From Rhodosorus marinus CCMP1338 (taxonomy: Eukaryota > Plantae > Rhodophyta), in assembly GCA_029953675.1 (NCBI GenBank), contig JAMWBK010000003.1:806001-870000 (forward strand): a stretch of DNA of 64,000 bases, in the 5' to 3' direction. The notes beneath the pieces are model-generated. The model searched no databases. It was not told the origin of the DNA and saw only the letters and a list, made by a program, of their open reading frames with translations. Shown one piece after another: positions 1 to 11,348 of this stretch. The translations under genes and the position numbers were made by a program. The first letter of the stretch is position 1; every line of letters begins with the position of its first letter.

Positions 1-634
1 AATGAATTTAAACGTTTCTCTTACAAACACGTGTCCAGAGATATTTTTTTTCCGGGGGGTAATGGGGGAACAACGAGCGCGTGGTGCGTTTTTACTATTG
101 TTCACGTGCTGAGTGTCATGAGAGGCATATCTTACGGGGAATACGTAAATATAAGACAGATAGTTTCTTAATTTGTTCGGACAATGTATTACGGTACGCA
201 GGGGGTCAATGTAGAAGCAAAAAAGAGGTTCCTAAGATTGAATAAAAGTTGAAATACAGATATACTTATGGTATATTCATATTTTGCAAAGGGTGGGTAG
301 ACTATTGATCAAATCGCAGATTTCTATATTTTGGATTAATGAGCCTTTGATTTCGAGACAACACCTAGTACGGATCGTAAAAACCATGCCCTACAATCAG
401 CTACCGCCCTTGAAGCCGATTGTCGTTGAGAGCCTGCAGGTCCCTTTCGAGCTGGAGCGGATTAAGAGCGCCCGGCCAGCTTTGAATTCCATCTCTCCCT
501 ACTCCTGAGTCATGGGCTTACGAGGAGGATGTCCAGGAATGCAATATTTCCACACACACACCCGCAGCAAACCTGGAAGGACTTGGAGGTTGACGAATCG
601 GGCTCTCCCAGCTGGTGGGATACCGTTAATGCGA

Positions 635-1930
635 TCATAACGAAAACGCTGACATCCTTGAAAAGCGTCGAAGCGAGGGTGAACATTGAGTCTCGTACTC
701 CCCAAGCGCTTCCGGAAGGAGCCCTTCCAGCGTCGTGATTCGCCTATCGTCGGCGGGATGAGTGCTCAGGTACTCTGGAATCTGTGGGGGAAGCGCAAGA
801 CCAAGTCAGACGTATGAAGCATGCTGTACAGCCCACAGCTGCATGAGTAGAAAGCAACGCCTTGCCTTCATCGGATTTTGTTTCGCGTATTCTCCGAGCT
901 TGGTGAAAATTGCTGGACTTCCACGTGGATCATAGCAAGCTTTCGTCATTAGTCGCAAACCAATATAGTCCGCCTCCATCTCGTTCCTTCTCGAAGATGG
1001 AAGTACTACGAACAGGTTCACCAGAATATCATTGAGTATGTAGGTATCCAGGACGAACGCCATCAGCAATCGAACCGGAATTAATATGAACATTTTGGAA
1101 ACTTGCTCCGCGCTATGTCGTGCCACGGCGTGACCAACTCTGGAGCAAATGGGACAGGCAATGATTTGTTAAGTATGTTTCGCATGCATCAACCTGAATC
1201 TTAGGACTGCGCTAAGCCTACTCATGTGCCAGTACGGCCGCGAGCTCATCATCGGTATCTACAAGGTCCAGCATGCCGGTGAAAACACCGATCTTCCCTC
1301 CAGGCAGGCAAAATGCATTCGGCTAAGGTGAACGCGAAAGAACTATTCAGTATCGAAAGAACAGAAGTTCCAGCTAGTTCTTCTCCGGTTCAACGTACTT
1401 CAGCTCTCTCGAAAACGACAAACTCCCAGTCATAGTCCTCTTGCTCTGAGACGCTGGCAATTCTTCTACCTATTCTCTCCACGCGCCTTGACGGGGGGCT
1501 AGCTTGGCTCAAGATATGCCCCGTAAACTGATTCTTCAGCTGATTGAACTGGGATTCGCCTAACTTGAGTTCATCTTCCCTCCTCATGTCAATCATTCGA
1601 CGTCGATTCTGCGTGCACCGATGAGGGAGGAGCTCGTCTCAGCGTTTCTCCACTGAACAATAGTGCTTTCCGTAGTTGCTAGAGCCCTGCTACGAACCGT
1701 GTAAGGGACATTTTCCAAGTGACCTCGATAGTAGCTGTAACATCCAGCAGCAGTCACACCCTGTTCATCAACGAGAAAATAAAGATGAGCAGACAGTCTA
1801 GCGAGTCAAGGTCTCCAGAAGATGAAGAGCTCACCAGCAGAACTTGGTTTCGAGGTTTCCGAAACGAGTACACGAAATCAACCAATCGCTGAGTGCGGCT
1901 TCGGTGCGTCTTGAAGTGTCGGTAGCCCAT
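635..1930 (-). CDS. OMA1: Peptidase M48 (OMA1-like) zinc metalloprotease, multi-exon; 5' end uncertain (may extend to about 2600)
   Basis: Manual splicing gives HLENVPYT|NRRRMIDM, WEFVVFERAEV|PNAFCLPGGKIGVFTGML, AVLAHE|VGHAVARH (HEXXH split by an intron), SRRNEMEADYIGLRLM..ACYDP and |IPEYLSTHP; stop TGA at 635-637. Confidence 0.85.
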
Positions 1931-2129
1931 CCTTCAATCTCGACCGAGATTAGTTGACCGCGAGAGCGTCGAGTTGTTGCCCTGCGCACCACAAAGCCGC
2001 TGAACTGGTAGCCCCTGTCACGGTCAACGGAGAACGATACTGGTGAAATCTGATCATCTATGATATAAGAGGAAAGCCAAGGACAAAGTCTCGTTAGTAG
2101 GCTACCATCCCCGACTATTGTAAACCCAA

Positions 2130-2175
2130 CGGCACGAGAGTTTCATGTCGAATGGGACATGAAACTCTCGTGCCG
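2130..2175. repeat. Perfect 20-bp inverted repeat with 6-nt loop
   Basis: cggcacgagagtttcatgtc (2130-2149) - gaatgg - gacatgaaactctcgtgccg (2156-2175). Confidence 0.95.
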
Positions 2176-3820
2176 CCATGCCACTCAATGCCAGCAACGG
2201 AAAAGGCGATGTTGTTTTCCGCTTTCGAAACGATTGCTGCAGAGGGTTGGGGATGAGACAGCTGGGGTAGGAAACTACAGTAGTTGAAGGTAGTTTAGCT
2301 TCTACTTCTGGACGAACGTAAAAAAGGACAGAGGGTTTGGGGCCTTGTCTGCGAAGGGGTTTGCTTTGACAGAATTGCCCCTAAGGCTGGACTTGCAAGC
2401 GCGAACAAGTACGAAATAGAGAACATCAGTTTGAACAAGTTTTCTGAAGCTCGTGGATAACCGGAATGAACGCGATTGAGATGCATTCCTTGAAAGCTCT
2501 GGCAAGAATATACCAGAATAGGAGATAGCTGGTGGACTTCCTCTGCACCCACATGAAACAAAGAGTTTGTGCCAAATCAATGGCCTTCAACGTGGCACGA
2601 CTAGTAGTAAACACTGCCACTACGATTTTGATGGATTAAGACGTCCTGAAGTGACCCCGGTCTGGAAGTGACAAGGATAGCTTTCGAATATGAGAGCGGG
2701 ACGTCGCGCGTTGCAAGTTGGCAACCTGGTATTCTTGAGACCGGAGAGAGTAGGCAAGGCGGCCAATCTCTGTCCTTTGAACGTGTTCAGGATGGTAGGG
2801 TTCCATGCAGTAGCCTAGGACGGAATGGAATGCTCCTTCAGGCTGCTAGGCATCCAGAATAAGTTCAGAACAAAGCTACTCCTTCCAAATCTATACCACC
2901 TACACCCCTCTCCAATATTGCGACCCATTCCATCCACGTGGTCCACCAGACCGTCGATCAAAAATATCTCCCACACGTCCTAACGGCTACTTCAGCGCGA
3001 AACGAATCTTTCCGCCTCCCCAAAAAATCCATCTCCTCATCCAATACCAACCCAGATCCGCCGCCAACACTCCTGCTCGCGATATTGTTTGCGCTTTCGG
3101 GAACAGATAATCTTATTGGATAATAAAGTATCCAGAAAAGCCTCTCTATCAAAATCTTAATCTTTACAGAGAAATCAAAGTATCCTCTTTTTTGGGGGAA
3201 ACAGAGTTTTATCCATAAACATGATTGAAATCAGTCATTTCTTTTGGGGCTACTTTTTTATGATCAATATGTGTATTCTAGGTGCCCCAGTGCACTAAAA
3301 CTTTTTGGGGAGATATTTATCCTGTCTTGTATTTGCATTGCTTTGTTGATGAGTCGGCTGGGACGGTGGCGACAATCAACAGAGCTTACAGCGGAAGGAA
3401 GAAGCGGGAATCATGATACTGTGAAGCGGTTTCCCAGCGGGAAATGCACAAGGGGATATTTAATTTTCACGGAGAATGGTTGGAATCTCATCGTTTTTTC
3501 CTTTTAATTCGACTTTGTTCTTGTACGTGCAGGGCTATACAATGCAAACAACGCTTAGTTCCTATTCACAAAACAGTCCTCGAAATACAGACGCGTCTCT
3601 CAATTTCGTTGTCGCTTTTATACGCAACCGCGCTTTTCACTCATGGTTTCATACATACATAACTCACGTACAATTATCCCGACGGCTTCCCAGGCAGAAT
3701 ACACAACTATTACCATTCACATTTCACAGTGCTAAGTCCATCCGAACGCCCAAATAACTGACTAGTTCTTCCCACCTGCAAGCCACTGCGAGCTCCGGTT
3801 CTCATGTAGCCAACCTCTCT

Positions 3821-4309
3821 CTAGGCAACATCTTCCTCAATCTTGCAAAACCCGTTCTTGTACGATTCCAACCTCTCTACAAGTTCAGGAAACCTCTTCG
3901 GGCCACACGAGAAGTCGTCAATCTTCTCTCCCTCGTAATAAAGATGGAAGGTGGGCATGGCCTTAATTCCCAAACTACGGCACAGCTCCCGGTTCGTCGA
4001 AAAGTTCATCTGGTTGAAAGATACTTCAGGATACTGCGGTGTGACGGCTTCCAACAGGCGTCCAGCTTTTTCACATGCCCGGCACCACGGAGCATAAAAC
4101 TTTACAAGCACAACGTCGTCGCTGTCATTTACAATATTCGAGTAGTCCTGTGCGGTCTTCATCTCCATCACATTCCCTGAGCTCTCCCTCCCGACTTTGT
4201 CCGCCGCAGGTGCAGTAGCAACCATGCTTACCGTAGCCCGCCTGCTACACTTGGCCCCACTCCGGGACGCCGCTCCAAGACCAACTCCAGAACCCCCAAC
4301 AAACGCCAT
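3821..4309 (-). CDS. Plastid-targeted atypical thioredoxin (ACHT/Lilium-type-like), intronless
   Basis: MAFV- Ser/Arg-rich transit peptide from ATG 4309; VLVKFYAPWCRAC active site; LCRSLGIKAMPTFHLY..FSCG C-terminal motif. Confidence 0.85.
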   Translation of the reverse strand: MAFVGGSGVGLGAASRSGAKCSRRATVSMVATAPAADKVGRESSGNVMEMKTAQDYSNIVNDSDDVVLVKFYAPWCRACEKAGRLLEAVTPQYPEVSFNQMNFSTNRELCRSLGIKAMPTFHLYYEGEKIDDFSCGPKRFPELVERLESYKNGFCKIEEDVA

Positions 4310-6449
4310 TTCTTTCTCTACACACCAAACTCTACAATCAGCCAAACAATGAATCTAAACGTTCAATTGCTCCTTTCCCTCTCCAAAACTTTCCAACACC
4401 GTTATTCTTATATCGCTACGCAGCTTACCGCCTCCCCCTCCACCTCCAAGCGCGACTGTAAAAATTCACTGCTTGCCTTTATACACCTTGCGCCTTTCGC
4501 TCAACAACTTCCAAAATAAAAGCAAGCCCAGACAGCAATATATTAATCAACACGTGTCCATAAGCTGAAAAAAAGGGTTTCTCATCGGCGCCATGCGATT
4601 AATCAATCAGAACAAACACGGACAAAGTAGATTGGTTGAAGTCCGACTGAATACGTTCCTTTTAATCCAATTATAAGTGAGTTCGTTTTTTCAACGGATT
4701 TTATTCGCTTCAGTATGTGTAATCATATCAAATCAAAATGCAGAAACTCGGTACACATTGAAAAAGAAACGACAAGAAGGGAAAACAAGTTGAGACGTCG
4801 AAAAAGAAAAGAAAAAGAGTACGGTGCGGCTGATTTTTTGTCTTTGTCAGGGCGGGGGTGGGAGACAACTTCATTTTTACCCCCCCCCCTTTGCTGAACG
4901 TTCTGGAAGTTTGCAATGTAAGGGGTTGAATTCATTCCTATGAGGGGTGGAGAAAATTTTATTTAGCAGAGATAGACCCTGGTATACTAAAAAACCGGAG
5001 CTTCACGTAGGTAGTTTCTTCTTCTGGCGGCAGAGGCGAGCTGTGATTTCGTCAACATTCCAAGGGGAACCGGGGGGGGGGGTTGGTGTACAAGTTTTAC
5101 TGCCAATAGGATGAGGAAATGAGGTGCTTCCCGATTCGCCCCAGTTTTTCAAAGGGAAACGACATCTCGTCGAGAATGATTGAAAGATAACAATCGTCCA
5201 ACCATTTTCTAATACTGCGTCCTCATTTACCCAATCAGCATGAATTATGGCAATGGCTATTCCAATTGAGATATGAATGTGAAACGACCCTCACTGGCCG
5301 GCCAAATTGATTTTGTAGCAATTCAAAAAAGAACAAAATGCAGCGCTTGGACGTTCGCCATTTCCGGCCGAGATCGGGTCACTAATCAAGAGAAAGCCCT
5401 GGGCAGAGGCGTTTTTTTTTGTCGCAGTTCTTGGAATTCTTGACTTAGTGGCGCTCAGTCGCACGTTTAGCCACTTAATCGTTGGAGTGCTGCTGTTGCT
5501 TCTACACCCCTTTTCGCAATCTTGTTTCGTTTTTCCTTTTTCTCTCAAAGTTTTTCTCCCTCTGGGCGACTAGATCCCGGTTTGGTTGAGAAAGAGCAGG
5601 GGATTGCCTGCTAGCTCATTCTCATGTTTTGTTTTCTTTTAAGAACGACTTACGCCCCCCGCCAAAGCCCTTCAAAAATCCAAAATCCATCTGAAAGCTT
5701 GCTTCGTCCGATGAAGCCCCCTGAATTGGGGTTTTCACTGGTGGACAAATTCGTCTCAAATTCAAATAGTTCCCAAATAAGGTCAATAACCCAAATCTAT
5801 CTTCCTACCGCCTTACTTCTTCGTACGAACGCGCTTCTAGTCGTCGTTTACTTAAGAGGCTACAAGCTTGTGAGGAGGCTGGCTGGCCAAACCAAGGGAA
5901 TGGGCCTCCTTCCTCCTTGGACCCATCTCGTATCGAGCAGTCGTGGCTACTGAGTTTGGGAAAGTCCCTGAGCACCAACCGTGAGCATTGTACTGTACGC
6001 GGAACGGTGCCCCAAGATACGAGCAGCGCTGGCGTTGCTGGGCATGGAGGACGTTGGCTCAGGGTGGTGCGTGTTGGTCTTTCTGCGTTCGTGAGAGGAT
6101 TCCCGCTGCTTCTTGTACTGAAGTCAGGTTCCTTTCTTGGCCCGGAAACACGAGCTTGCCAACAACACTTAGTTCTCGGAGTCGGAGTCCACGGGATTCT
6201 CCCCTTCTGAATTCCGCCTGTTTCTCTGAAGGAAGAAGTTGAGGGAGAAATCGACCTCCATCTCTTCCTTGAAAACCTTCGCGAACCCTACCCCGAACTC
6301 CTCATCGGTATTCTCTATCCCGGAGTCAACCCCACCCCCAATTCATGGATTGGCATGGCGGCCTATTTTGAGGCCCTCCATAACTCTACCTCCGCTCTAC
6401 AGTATACTATATACCCCAGATATACTATCTAGCTAGGCTATCCTGCCGG

Positions 6450-7565
6450 TCCTTCCAACTATGCGAAGGACGCAATATCACCGTCCAACACTGGGAAACC
6501 GACCTCTGCCTCCAGGATCTTTAGGCCACTGGCGATCCGTCAATCATCACCAGCAATCCTGAAGTGCTTTTCCTGGTTTCTTCGCTGCTCGCCCAGCTTG
6601 CATCCGAATATCCAGTTACTCGCTATGTGATCCCTTCTTTTTCAGCTTCCTCTCAAAACATTTTGTATCTAGATCCGATCTCGAAAAACCTCCTAATCGC
6701 AATATTTTTCCTTTGGTTCAATATCCGCCGCGCTTCTTCGAAATTTCCGAGTCGATAATTAGCCATTTTCCGCTCGATCTGCGGACTGCGAAACATATGT
6801 CAGGTCGCGTCCTGGTGCTCAGACAGAGGAGGGATCCAGTTAGCTCCTGAAAGGGGGAAGAGGTCACTTCCATTGATTTTTCCCGAAGATTGGGTTCAAT
6901 GGACATAGGAGTGGGTAAGGGGCGGCACCCCTTCAAACCAAAAGTGTTCACTAACTTCCGGATATAGTCCTCCGGCGACAGGTGAATCTCACGTCTTTCT
7001 CTGTCGTGTGTGATTCTGACTCCCAGACAATCCCTCGCCGCTCCTAGGTGCTTTGTGTCGTAGAACTTCGACAACGTTGTCTTCGCCTCAGCTACTGCAG
7101 GGCGCCCGCCAGATGATTAACATGTCATCGACATAGACTGCGATAAGACAGTCTCCTCTGCGGTATACGCAGCTTTCGGTACACGCGGGCAGTAAACCCT
7201 TCCTTCTCAAGGTCTTGTCGGAGTTTGTTGTGCCACTCACGCCCTGCCTGTTTCAATCCATGCAGGGTTTTCTTGAGCCGGCAGACGTAGTCGGCCTTGC
7301 CGGGCTCCTCCAACCCTTTCGGTTGCTGTATGTAGAGCTCGTCCTGCAGATCGGCGTTCAGGCACGCCGTCTTCACGTCTGCTTGTTCTACTTCCAGATC
7401 CTCCCTTGCAGCTATGGTTAGCAGCATTCGGACACCGGACAAGCCTACCGTGGGAGCAAAGACTTCCTCGTAGTCCACACCTGGACGTTGCGCGAATCCT
7501 CGAGCGACGAGTCGTGGCTTGAAACGCTGTACTGACCCGTTGCTGTTCTTCTTGACTTTCAGGAT
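6450..7565 (-). mobile_element. Degenerate Ty1/copia reverse transcriptase-RNase H fragment
   Basis: RFKPRLVARGFAQRPGVDYEEVFAPT, QADVKTA, RLKKTLHGLKQAGREW, AVYVDDMLI (about 7117-7140), TRTRPDICFAV, GYSDASWA..TRKSTSG; broken by frameshifts and stops. Confidence 0.9.
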
Positions 7566-7569
7566 CAGT

Positions 7570-7708
7570 CTGCAGATCGGCGTTCATGTACGCCGTCTTC
7601 ACGTCAGCTTGCTCCACTTCCAGGTCCTCCCTTGTAGCTATGGTTAGCAGCATGCGGACACTGGAAGTGGAGCGACCTGACGTGAAGACGGCGTACCTGA
7701 ATGCCGAC
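7570..7708. repeat. Duplicated and folded-back RT segment
   Basis: 7570-7661 is a diverged direct copy of 7344-7435; 7661-7708 is an inverted copy of 7576-7623. Confidence 0.85.
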
Positions 7709-7709
7709 A

Positions 7710-7900
7710 TGCTTGTTGCAGAATTCGCAGTACTCCTCTTTTTCCTCCAATGTCTTCCGGAGTACTCGCCGTTTTTCCTCGTCAGAGAGTGGTACTCCGG
7801 TGATTTCTCGGATTTCCGAGAATTCGGACTCGAGCCAGTTGATGAGGGCTCGCGGTGATTCTGACGTATGAAGCTTCCGTCTATATAACCGGGCCCAGAT
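7710..7900 (-). mobile_element. Possible retrotransposon gag fragment truncated at a Cys knuckle
   Basis: Frame ending ...EEKEEYCEFCNKH, cut at the fold-back junction; CxxCxxH resembles the start of a zinc knuckle. Confidence 0.35.
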
Positions 7901-8134
7901 GCTGTCAGCCGCTGAGAAGCCTGAGAAAGCTGAGAAAGCGAGAAAACGGATGCCGTGGGATGGCACAGACGTTTGGGTCATCCAGGGGCGTGGTATTTCG
8001 CTGCGGTAGGTAGCTGCCGAATGAAGGCTAAGGGGCGGGTGCGATCAGTCAACTACTTCTAACATGGTCTCATCGCTTGGTGCGAATTGGAGAAAGGAGA
8101 GTCCATAGTGTGAGAGAAGGGACGGGAAGGTGAG

Positions 8135-8470
8135 ATGGTTGTAGGGACGAGGGGGAGTGCCTCGGACGCGGACGGCCACCTGAAGGACTTCAAGCTACCC
8201 TCAGTGTTCAGAGGAGAGAAGGAGTCATACCTGTCTTTTAGGCACTGGTGCTTCCAGGTAGAGACTTTTCTCGACTCGAAATCTCTCAGGGAGGTACTAG
8301 ACAATCCTGGAGAGGCCACCGACGCCAAGAGATATCGTCTCTCGGCGGTATTCTCGCGGGTGCTGGAGGGACCAGCACAGGATACAGCGCTATCCTCGTC
8401 CAAGGAGGGAGCCCCACAGAGGTGTGGGCAGCGCTACGCGAGCGATACGACCCCCCCAGACCATGTTAGA
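8135..8470 (+). mobile_element. Retrotransposon gag N-terminal fragment (frameshifted)
   Basis: FKLPSVFRGE..SFRHWCFQVETFLDSKSL, then after a frameshift EVWAALRERYDPP, which resembles a copia gag N-terminus. Confidence 0.55.
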
Positions 8471-8930
8471 ATTATTGACCTCCGCCGTATTTCTCTAAAC
8501 TTCGGTGCCGTCCCCTACTGCTGCGAACAGTAAGCTGCTGCGAACAGTAAGGGACGCCGTTACTGTTGCTCCTCTTTTAACTGCTGGGTTATAGGGGGTG
8601 CCGACTTAGCAACAATCGGATCTCTTCCTGGATTACTCCAGCACATGCGCTTCGTATGGCCCCTTTTTCCACAGTAGTCCCTCATAATGTTGGCATATTT
8701 CGCATTGGGCGTAGCTCCTGGGTTTGGGGTTGGTACGAACGGCCGGATCGGGTACCGCGGCTTATCGCAGGTTGTCGTAGTAGTAAGCTAGATTTCTCAG
8801 TTGAAAACTTCTCGTTAACTCGATGGGGCTGGGTAGCCATCTCAGCGCCTTCAATTTTCAGGGCGAGAGCCTGGGCTCCCTCGAAGGTGGAAATATCCTG
8901 AATATAGACATATTTCCGTGACAAGATCTT
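8470..8930 (-). mobile_element. Possible further gag-like fragment
   Basis: STFEGAQALALKIE resembles the gag TFEEAxxLAxxxE helix; contains stops and a 17-bp tandem duplication (8518-8551). Confidence 0.3.
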
Positions 8931-9432
8931 CTCGCTTCGAGACAGGCTGTCGTGTACAGCTTTTTTTCGTTTTATTGGTTTTTTCGACCTGTGGTTCCAC
9001 GAGCGTGACTCGGACTTGTTAGTGGATCCTTATGCTGAGTTGAGATCTCGGGTTTGTCCTTACCTTCAGTGCTCCATGCCACAAGAAATTTTGCCATGGC
9101 GATGTGGTGCGAGTGAGCGTGGCTGTCGAGATGTACATTACTTTGGTCGGGTTGCGATTAGAAACCCCTGATTTCCCACCGCTTTTTATGACGTAACTTG
9201 CCTTTCAGAAGGTCCTTATTTTTGCACGGGGTTTGGGTTGTGCTCGCCTTTGCTGTGAAGGTGCACGTTGAAACGCAGGGTTCAGTGGAAGACGTGTTGC
9301 CGTCCTAAGAAGACTGAATGCATATTGGCGTTCCTACTTGGTCCCTGCTTGGTTGCCTACCAGGGATTGAGAGATTCACTCTTGGACGCCTAGTTGCCTT
9401 GGTCACAAGTACTCGTGCCTTCGATGACATGC

Positions 9433-10818
9433 AGTGGACTGCAATACCTCAAAGACCTCCGTTCATTAGGGACGTTGGCAGTACATTAGCTTTTGCAATT
9501 CCCGAAGTCATGCTGGATGCCGATACGATGCCTTGACTTTTGTTTTGTGAAAAAATATCCGTAAGGTGTTTAATAGTCAGAATTAGAATTCTATTGTCAA
9601 TAGCGATCTCCGAACAAGCGTGAACACTTAAGAAAGCGTGTATAGTACTGAGAAACTCTCGATCAAGATGTACACAGAGCTCGCTCACACTAGTTATACC
9701 ATAATAATTCGTCCAATTCAGCCCAGCAATTGGACTCTCTCGGACGGCCCGCGTGGACCAAGGGAGGGCGGGGGAACTAACACCGATATATTGAAGGCAC
9801 ACTAACCTACACGGTTAACAAACTAATAGTCGGGTCCACTGTGCATGGGTGCCCATAAATTAATATTACTCTACTCAACTGCGGTGGCTAGCGCGGGGTT
9901 CAGCACTCCATCAGCGAAAAAATCCGTCTCGACCTCGACCTCGGAAAAATCCCGAAATTCTAGATCCTCTTCCGAGGAAGCAAGCGAGGACGCGCATACG
10001 AGGTTGGTCCTGTATACGAGTTCCAAGTTTCAGGTCAGCAAACAGTTCTTCACCCAAACAGGATAAGCGAACAAGTACTTCTTACCCGTCAAGAGAATTG
10101 GTGTTTTCCGGTGTATTTTCTGTATCCAGACTCGCTCCGAAAACGGTTCCAGCCCCCATCTCGGCCAGTAGGTTCAGTACACTCGGCGTCTTGCCGATTG
10201 ACTTGAGCGGCTCAACGATCTCGGGTGTGTCCACCATATCACTAAACCTTGAGTTGTCCTCCACAACCGACAGCTCAAGGCTAGGCACGGAAGATGGCTT
10301 GCTGCTAAGCACCGGACTGGCCCCAATATCAGTTATCGCGGGACTGGCGATATCGGTTATCGTGGGACTTCCGAGCTTCGTGGACTCACGCTCAAGGCGT
10401 TTCAGATACTTCTGATGGTGGGTCCTGACTTGTTTCGCGCTGCGAGTGCCGACGTCTTTCGCAATAGGGCCATAATTCTTCTCCCCATGCTTTGCGCTCG
10501 AAATGAGATACCGTCGATGCTCCTCAGCAGTCCAATATCTAGGCTGCTTCTTCTCGGCTCTGCTAGATACCAACAGCAAGAATAGAAAAGGATGAGGATC
10601 CGTTCACAACTGTAATGCCCACGCATTTGCAAGGCCCATGCAAGTTTGAGATTCGACATCCAACCTACCCCTTGCTTATCGTTTCCTTCACTGGCTGCTT
10701 GCCCTGCATTCTGCCTTTCGCATTCTCCGCGCGGAGCTTCACAATCTTCTTCTTAGCTTTCTTAATTTCCTCTTCCAGGAGCGAGATTCGATTCTGCTGT
10801 TCCACCACGATGGTGTCC
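9433..10818. repeat. 1,386-bp segmental duplication, copy 1
   Basis: Matches 14333-15718 at an offset of exactly 4,900; three substitutions seen (about 9495, 10043, 10741). Confidence 0.95.
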
Positions 10819-10853
10819 TTGTTTGCGCGTGACAGTAATGCAACTCGCAGCAT
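10082..10853 (-). CDS. Coiled-coil + SHAQKYF-class MYB protein, copy 1, chimeric N-terminus, one intron
   Basis: WTAEEHRRYL..GEKNYGPIAKDVGTRSAKQVRTHHQKY; in-frame ATG at 10853 lies in an inverted piece of the 13237-14316 ORF. Confidence 0.6.
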
Positions 10854-11042
10854 GTTGCAGGACAATACAATTCGCAATCAGATCGCGCCCAAAGTAGTCA
10901 GAGTTAGGGACGACGGCAAAGCCCCCTAACTCCATAATACTTAATCCCACCCGGTGCTGACATTCATTCCCTGTGCCGCAGCCATGCATGAGGTGTCCGA
11001 TACCGTGAGGGTACTCCCGCGACCGCAGTGGACCATGGTAGA

Positions 11043-11247
11043 AAACTGCGCCTGCGGTTTGGAAATCGCCTTCTATTGCATCGGCAGCTTGTCACCCCGA
11101 GCGAACATATACTTGTTCGTCCGTAAAGGAATTAATTCAACCATGAATGCATTTGTAAATTCGTAAATAGAAGCGAGGCAAGGAAATTTCGACAACCAAC
11201 CCCAGCTGACCAGGATGGTGTTTTTTTATCACAACTACATTTGTGCT
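11043..11247. repeat. 205-bp direct repeat (module C), copy 1
   Basis: Matches 13030-13234 with about 6 substitutions. Confidence 0.95.
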
Positions 11248-11348
11248 AATTCATTTGCTAGCAGGTAACACTACATTTAATGCACGGTCAAAGGAACGCA
11301 ATGAGAAGACGAACTTAGATCACTAAAGCATGATTTCTGATAGTGTGA

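Noticed and set aside
26-4560. Identical 12-mer AACACGTGTCCA (G-box core) at 26-37 and 4549-4560
   Set aside because: Many 12-mer matches are expected by chance in 64 kb; no functional evidence.
5090-5102. Long G/C homopolymers here and elsewhere (43105-43120, 52236-52252)
   Set aside because: Common in intergenic DNA throughout the window, and lengths are prone to sequencing error.
8060-8080. CA-TGGTCTCATCGC as an LTR end plus primer-binding site before the gag fragment
   Set aside because: I could not match it to a tRNA 3' end, and no second LTR is visible.
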